DNA of 32,224 nt from positions 1 to 32,224 of the forward strand of contig JBIJBR010000002.1 in the NCBI GenBank assembly GCA_044345135.1, in the 5' to 3' direction. Position numbers and translations under genes: made by a program. Origin of the DNA: Vampirovibrionales bacterium (GTDB lineage: Bacteria > Cyanobacteriota > Vampirovibrionia > Vampirovibrionales > JAJTHC01). Of this stretch, positions 27,466 through 32,224 are shown one piece after another (within the stretch, counting starts at the first letter, position 1; each line of letters begins with the position of its first letter). The notes under the pieces were generated by a model. The model ran no database searches. It worked only from the letters and a program-made list of their open reading frames with translations, and was not told the origin of the DNA.

Positions 27466-28962
27466 TTACGAACGCGCGGGGACCAGCTGCACCACAGGAG
27501 ACATGGGGTAGTAATTCGGTGCAGACCAATTATAACCGATATTGTCTAAAATACTCTGAATGCGCTGTTGAAGGTCTTCAGGACTCAGGGTCCCCTTCTT
27601 TAAATCCTGTTCTAAAATTTGTAGTGCATGATTCAATTGTGAACGTTCACTAATGGCTTTAAAGTGAGGCTCTAAGACCGTAAATTTATAGGTTTCGTAT
27701 TGTTTTTCGGTTTCTGCATTTAAATGGGTGACTTCAATTTCACGAAGACTTTCCGTTAAAAACTGAAGTAGTTTCAGCATGACCCCAAAGGTAATAAATA
27801 ATCCACCCATGATAAAACCTTCTTTTTTTTGAAAAAAGTGTAATAAGACGGCCTCCGTATTTTGAGGCGCTAAAGTCATTTTAATCAAAGGCACTTCTCG
27901 AGCTTGGGGATTATTTTCCAAGTTTTTTTTGACCTCTTGACTCAACGGTGTGATGAAATCTCGAGTCACTTTAAAGGCATATAGCCCTATACTGGTCATA
28001 CTGAGTCCTAGGCCTAAGCCGAGTAAATTCAACCCTAAACGAGATGCCTGATGAAAATCCAAGGCGGGGCTTGTGGGATGAAGGGCAGGACGCGTTAGTG
28101 GTACCATGGGTGCATTTTTTGAGTCTGTAGACGATGTTTCTCCGACTCGTGCCTGACGAGGCAGGGGTTTTCGATTTTGAGGCAGCATGGCAAAAATACT
28201 CTGTTTTTGACGTAAATCTTGCATCTGGTGAGTATCTGTCGAAGGGGGACAATTCAAAGGGGTACGCGAAAAATAGCGTTCCGTGTCTTCAATATGTTGG
28301 GCTTTTAATAAGGCACGAATGTGCTCTTCCGCATAGCGATGATTTTCTTCATCAATCATCATTTTGGCTTCAATGGACTGTTGATAGGCCTGATCCAAAT
28401 GAGCCACCAAATTGGCGCGAATCCGACTTTCTTGCCAGCGTAGCCAGACTTCCTGCACCCCATTGAGGGCATTACTTCCCATGTAACCCAAGCCCAACAA
28501 CGCGGTTACCGCAATGGCAGGACGCGTTAAGCGTGGAGAAAAAAGCGGAATCATTAACAATAAAGCCATGGGGTGAGATAAAAAAGAAACAAATTCGCTT
28601 GATTCTTGTCCTGAGCTCTCCGCTTTTTTGGACGGCTGCGCATTGGTCAAATCCTTCACCACCTTATCCAAGGGCGTTGCTTTCGAGTGGGGTAAGGGGT
28701 GATGCATCCATAAAGGAGCGAGCAATAGGGCGCCTAAGACCCCTAGTCCTGTCGCCATTAAAAATTCAGTGCTCTTCGGCAAGTGGGGTAACTGAGAGAC
28801 TGCCGAAGAAGATTCAGAACGATGATGATCGTCTATAGACGCCACAGGACCTTCAAGAGACATGAGAGGTTTCCCCGTTCGCTGCCTATGGCCTTGTCGT
28901 GGTGGTGTAGATAAGGGAGAAACCGCAGGAAACGATGCAAAAAAAAGCATAAAGGTTTTCAT
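27466..28962 (-). CDS. Hypothetical polytopic membrane protein (ORFan)
   Basis: 498-aa ORF with several hydrophobic segments (FLMATGLGVLGALLLAPLWM; MALLLMIPLF...AIAVTALLGLGYMG; LGLNLLGLGLGLSMTSIGLYAF; FIMGGLFITFGVMLKLLQFL) separated by polar helical regions. It lies upstream of, and on the same strand as, the MshEN-like gene. Stop TAA. Confidence 0.5.
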   Translation of the reverse strand: MKTFMLFFASFPAVSPLSTPPRQGHRQRTGKPLMSLEGPVASIDDHHRSESSSAVSQLPHLPKSTEFLMATGLGVLGALLLAPLWMHHPLPHSKATPLDKVVKDLTNAQPSKKAESSGQESSEFVSFLSHPMALLLMIPLFSPRLTRPAIAVTALLGLGYMGSNALNGVQEVWLRWQESRIRANLVAHLDQAYQQSIEAKMMIDEENHRYAEEHIRALLKAQHIEDTERYFSRTPLNCPPSTDTHQMQDLRQKQSIFAMLPQNRKPLPRQARVGETSSTDSKNAPMVPLTRPALHPTSPALDFHQASRLGLNLLGLGLGLSMTSIGLYAFKVTRDFITPLSQEVKKNLENNPQAREVPLIKMTLAPQNTEAVLLHFFQKKEGFIMGGLFITFGVMLKLLQFLTESLREIEVTHLNAETEKQYETYKFTVLEPHFKAISERSQLNHALQILEQDLKKGTLSPEDLQQRIQSILDNIGYNWSAPNYYPMSPVVQLVPARS

Positions 28963-29177
28963 TATTCATTGGAGAAAAGGGGTCAATTACACTCTATTAT
29001 ATCTAAAATAGACTTCTCGTATAGCCTTGGTTTCTCCCGCTTGTATTTTAGTGCAGTTTAAGACGTTATTCAGTCAGCTCAGTAAGGGTATCTTTCATCA
29101 GAGCGAAGCCTTCATGATACAATAATTACGATAAAAAAGCTTAAAATACACCTGTAAAATGAAAGGTCGCTAACTTC

Positions 29178-30752
29178 ATGATTTTTTCATTCTTTGCGTC
29201 CGCTTTAAATTCGACGACGGAAGCAAGCACGGCTTCTAAATTTCCAACGCCTGATCCTCGCTTTGTTAAATCTACCCATGACTTACGCGCGTTTATCCAG
29301 CTTTTGAAAGACGCGGGCGAACTCATTGAAATTGATGCCCCCGTGTCTTGTCATCTTGAAATTGCAGAAATTACGGACCGAGTCTCTAAATCTCAAGGGG
29401 CGGCGAATAAGGCGCTACTCTTCACCCAAGTCGAAGGCTATGACATGCCACTACTCATTAACGCATTAGGCAGTCATGAACGTGTGCTGATGGCTTTAGG
29501 AGGAAGCTCCTACGAAGCGCTACAAGCCCGTATTGCCAAATACGCCAAACCCGATTTCGCCACCTTGTCTTCTTCATCCTTGTGGGACAAAGTGGCGTTG
29601 CTCCCTGAATATGCGGAATTACGGCATGTATTTCCTCGTCATTACAAAGGGAAGGTCGCCCCTTGCCAAGAAGTGGTCGTGACGGACCCTAGTCAAGCCA
29701 TGCTCGACCAATTACCGATTCTGACCTGCTGGCCTGAAGATGGAGGTCCCTTCATCACCCTGCCTTGCGTCTTTACCAAAGATTCCATGACAGGCGACCG
29801 TAATGTGGGAATGTATCGCTTACAAAAATATGACAACAGCACCACAGGCATGCATTGGCATAAGCATCATGACGGAAACGATATTTACGAAAATTCTAAA
29901 AAATCGGGGAAACCTTGCTTAGAAGTCGCCGTGGTTTTAGGGGCTCATCCTGCAGTGATTTATAGTGCGACGGCGCCCTTACCCAAAGGCTTGAATGAAT
30001 TATTATTGGCAGGGTTTTTAATGAATCATCCTGTTGAAACGGTGCGCTGTAAAACGGTGAATTTAGACGTGCCTGCCCATGCGGAAATTGTGCTAGAAGG
30101 CTACGTCAATTATGATGAAACCCGTTGGGAAGGCCCTTTTGGCGATCACACGGGGTATTATTCCTTGGCGGATGATTTCCCCGTTTTTCATGTCACAGCC
30201 ATGACGCATCGGCGTGACCCTATTTATATGACCACTATTGTGGGTAAACCCCCGCAGGAAGACTGCTACCTAGGGAAGGCCACCGAACAATTATTTTTAC
30301 CTTTATTAAAAATTTTTATTCCTGAAATAGTGGATATGAATCTACCGTGGGAAGGGGTGTTTCATAATTGTGTGTTATTGAGTATTAAAAAACGTTACCC
30401 TGGCCATGCCCGTAAAGTCATGAGCGCCATGTGGGGCTTTGGGCAATTGATGTTTAGTAAATATGTCGTGATTGTGGATGAACACGTCAATGTGCAAAAC
30501 ATGAGTCAAGTGGCGTGGCACGTTTTTAACAATACCGACCCCAAGCGGGATATGATGTTCGCTGAAGGGCCCATGGATATTTTGGATCACGCCACGCCAC
30601 GCTGGGCCTACGGCAGCAAAGTCGGGATTGACGCCACCAAAAAATGGGAAAGCGAAGGCTTTACGAGAGAATGGCCCAATGAAATTGCCATGTGCCCCGC
30701 CATGAAGGCCCGTGTGGATGAGCGCTGGTCAAGCTTTTTTGGAGCACAATAG
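29178..30752 (+). CDS. ubiD: UbiD-family (prenylated-FMN dependent) decarboxylase, quinone biosynthesis type
   Basis: 524 aa. DLRAFIQLLKDAGELIEIDAPVS N-terminus, GGPFITLP, NVGMYRLQ, HWHKHHDG, FGDHTGYY. Whether it acts in the ubiquinone or the menaquinone branch cannot be told. Stop TAG. Confidence 0.9.
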   Translation: MIFSFFASALNSTTEASTASKFPTPDPRFVKSTHDLRAFIQLLKDAGELIEIDAPVSCHLEIAEITDRVSKSQGAANKALLFTQVEGYDMPLLINALGSHERVLMALGGSSYEALQARIAKYAKPDFATLSSSSLWDKVALLPEYAELRHVFPRHYKGKVAPCQEVVVTDPSQAMLDQLPILTCWPEDGGPFITLPCVFTKDSMTGDRNVGMYRLQKYDNSTTGMHWHKHHDGNDIYENSKKSGKPCLEVAVVLGAHPAVIYSATAPLPKGLNELLLAGFLMNHPVETVRCKTVNLDVPAHAEIVLEGYVNYDETRWEGPFGDHTGYYSLADDFPVFHVTAMTHRRDPIYMTTIVGKPPQEDCYLGKATEQLFLPLLKIFIPEIVDMNLPWEGVFHNCVLLSIKKRYPGHARKVMSAMWGFGQLMFSKYVVIVDEHVNVQNMSQVAWHVFNNTDPKRDMMFAEGPMDILDHATPRWAYGSKVGIDATKKWESEGFTREWPNEIAMCPAMKARVDERWSSFFGAQ

Positions 30753-30755
30753 GCC

Positions 30756-30781
30756 TTGAATAAGGCTTAAGTCTTATTCAA
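30756..30781 (+). terminator. Hairpin just after ubiD stop (possible terminator)
   Basis: Perfect 9-bp stem TTGAATAAG / CTTATTCAA with an 8-nt loop. It is AT-rich and has no immediate T-tract, so support is weak. Confidence 0.3.
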
Positions 30782-31020
30782 CCGCTGTGGTTTTGCGACG
30801 ACTATTGCCTAAAGTGACGCGAGCGACTCGTGAACGTGCTGTGCTTTTCGACGATAGCGAAGGGGTTTTGTAAAGTTATTTTAAGGGATCTTCTCAATCG
30901 GCGCACTAAAATACATTGACACGGTTTTCTCTACTTAAGCGCATTATTTTTTCGTAAAATAGGCGATCTTTTCTGTCCCTTTCATTTTCTTGTCCCTCTA
31001 AACGATAGGTATGTTTATTT

Positions 31021-31839
31021 ATGTCTACCCTCCCTCCCTCCTCTACTTCTGCAAAGACTACTTTGCCCTTAACGCATCAATTCAAGGGTGACCCAAATCA
31101 TCCTTTATTTGTGAATGATTATTCAGAAGCAATTCCAAGAAGAAAGGGACTTGTGGGTTACTTTTTCCCAAAGAATTTTTATCCTGGCGCTGTCCCTAAG
31201 AACCATCCTTCATCTTCAAAGATTAAAAAAAATGAAACGGAACTATTCAATATATGGCGTCCTCTGAAATTTTCTCCAAGACTCTACAGAACACAAGATG
31301 TTTTACAGTCTACACAAGTTACTGACAGAGAGGCCTTAAAGCATTTGGTTCGTATGTTTCCCACTGAAGAACGACCAAGAACGATTGCAACAGTAGCGGA
31401 TGCCGTTGACACAGTTGAAATGGACCAAATAGCCAAGGGTTTAAAAAACAGAGATATCCCGATGGAGATACTGAGTACGGCAGTCCATCGATATCACTCA
31501 GAACACCCTTTTAACCTTTCGCATTGGTCGTGGCTTCCTGCTGGTTTGGGCTCACTACTTTCGATTATTTCAGCCCTCACCTTTGGTTCTGGAGAAATCT
31601 CGTTTCCTTTATTAGGGACAGGCATTTTTACTGCCTTTAAATTGGAGTCTGAGCATACGAAGAGAGCCCAAAAAAGAGATCATCAATTGCTCCGTTTAAA
31701 GCTATACATGGGTATGCAAACAAAACAAGACAAGCTTAAAGAGTCAAGCGTCACCCTTCCACTTGAGAAGATGAAGAAGCTGGAGAAAGAGGGACAAAAA
31801 TCTTTGAAACGCTTACCAGCGTCTTATTTTAAAATATAA
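31021..31839 (+). CDS. Hypothetical protein with bilobed hydrophobic segment (ORFan)
   Basis: 272-aa ORF with an ATG start. One ~38-aa hydrophobic block split by GSGE (WSWLPAGLGSLLSIISALTFGSGEISFPLLGTGIFTAF, 31525-31638), with basic helical flanks. Stop TAA. Confidence 0.5.
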   Translation: MSTLPPSSTSAKTTLPLTHQFKGDPNHPLFVNDYSEAIPRRKGLVGYFFPKNFYPGAVPKNHPSSSKIKKNETELFNIWRPLKFSPRLYRTQDVLQSTQVTDREALKHLVRMFPTEERPRTIATVADAVDTVEMDQIAKGLKNRDIPMEILSTAVHRYHSEHPFNLSHWSWLPAGLGSLLSIISALTFGSGEISFPLLGTGIFTAFKLESEHTKRAQKRDHQLLRLKLYMGMQTKQDKLKESSVTLPLEKMKKLEKEGQKSLKRLPASYFKI

Positions 31840-32013
31840 GAGACGTTTCTCTTCTTCTGCTAGTCGTCGGGAGAGGCTTAGGCTTGATGCTCAAGCTTCA
31901 TCTTACCTTGCATGGGAGCGTTGGTTTTCGCCGATAAATCCTGCTTTGACTTTGTCGAAGCAGCCCCATTTGGGACACTGCATTTTATAATACTCCTTAG
32001 CTAGTGTCGACAT

Positions 32014-32224
32014 TTATTTAAGCCACAAACAAACAGAAGCAAGATGAACAAAAGACAAATAAGCCACATCTCATTTATCGTAACGGGTTGCCATTCGCCT
32101 GAAATTTTTAAGGTCTTTAAACAAGTTTTCTACCAAGTGGCGAGCCTTGTAAAGGAAGTAATCGACTTGACGAGGCGCCACCGCATTGCTTTTATTGGGG
32201 ATGACCACTTCAGCCCCCATGAGG
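32014..32224 (-). mobile_element. IS5-family (DDE_Tnp_1) transposase, C-terminal fragment running off the window, with in-frame TGA
   Basis: The minus-strand translation is ...VIPNKSNAVAPRQVDYFLYKARHLVENLFKDLKNFRRMATRYDK[TGA]DVAYLSFVHLASVCLWLK-TAA. The YK-x-R-x-x-VE-x-x-F...L-K-x-F-R-R-x-ATRYDK...LW pattern is the classic IS5-family C-terminus. The TGA is at 32071-32073. Confidence 0.7.

Noticed and set aside
31903-31983. 26-codon minus-strand ORF MQCPKWGCFDKVKAGFIGENQRSHAR with AGGAG 9 nt upstream
   Set aside because: It lies directly downstream of the transposase stop, probably inside the IS terminal region. It is too short and unconserved to call from sequence alone.
1-32224. CRISPR arrays, rRNA, tRNA, integrase or att sites
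   Set aside because: I scanned intergenic regions by eye. I found no regularly spaced direct repeats, no tRNA-like cloverleaf candidates, no rRNA-like segments and no integrase ORF.

Overview
32.2-kb bacterial chromosomal window, about 45% GC by eye. It comes from a diderm: it carries a TolC/HlyD/ABC type I secretion operon, HtrA and a FlhB/YscU-type export protein. Taxonomy cannot be fixed from the sequence alone. I support 25 CDSs plus a transposase fragment at the right edge. Recognisable housekeeping genes are SpoIID-like, an M16 peptidase pair, a BolA-like protein, an MTH1187-family protein, deoC, miaB, htrA, an OppF/DppF-type ATPase, ilvC and a UbiD-family decarboxylase. These are interleaved with lower-GC ORFans, several with unusual hydrophobic segments. 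I found no rRNA, tRNA or CRISPR array. Observations worth a second look: (1) none of the 25 CDSs ends in TGA (18 TAA, 7 TAG), although TGA terminates several spurious ORFs, and the only in-frame TGA sits in an IS5-like transposase whose conserved tail continues in frame. This suggests TGA may be unassigned or reassigned, or release factor 2 lost. (2) The ilvC-ubiD gap holds a 5.2-kb accessory block: a 931-aa P-loop (STAND/AAA_16-like) NTPase with HEAT-like repeats lies convergent to a two-gene unit encoding a polytopic membrane protein and a small protein with a near-perfect MshEN c-di-GMP-binding motif. (3) The spoIID/M16 convergent spacer carries a homopurine mirror repeat plus its pyrimidine complement (triplex-competent), and next to it one copy of a palindromic repeat that recurs at 16.97 kb. 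(4) A full-length FlhB/YscU gene stands alone, with NPIH instead of NPTH. All functional calls rest on motif recognition by eye; no searches were run.
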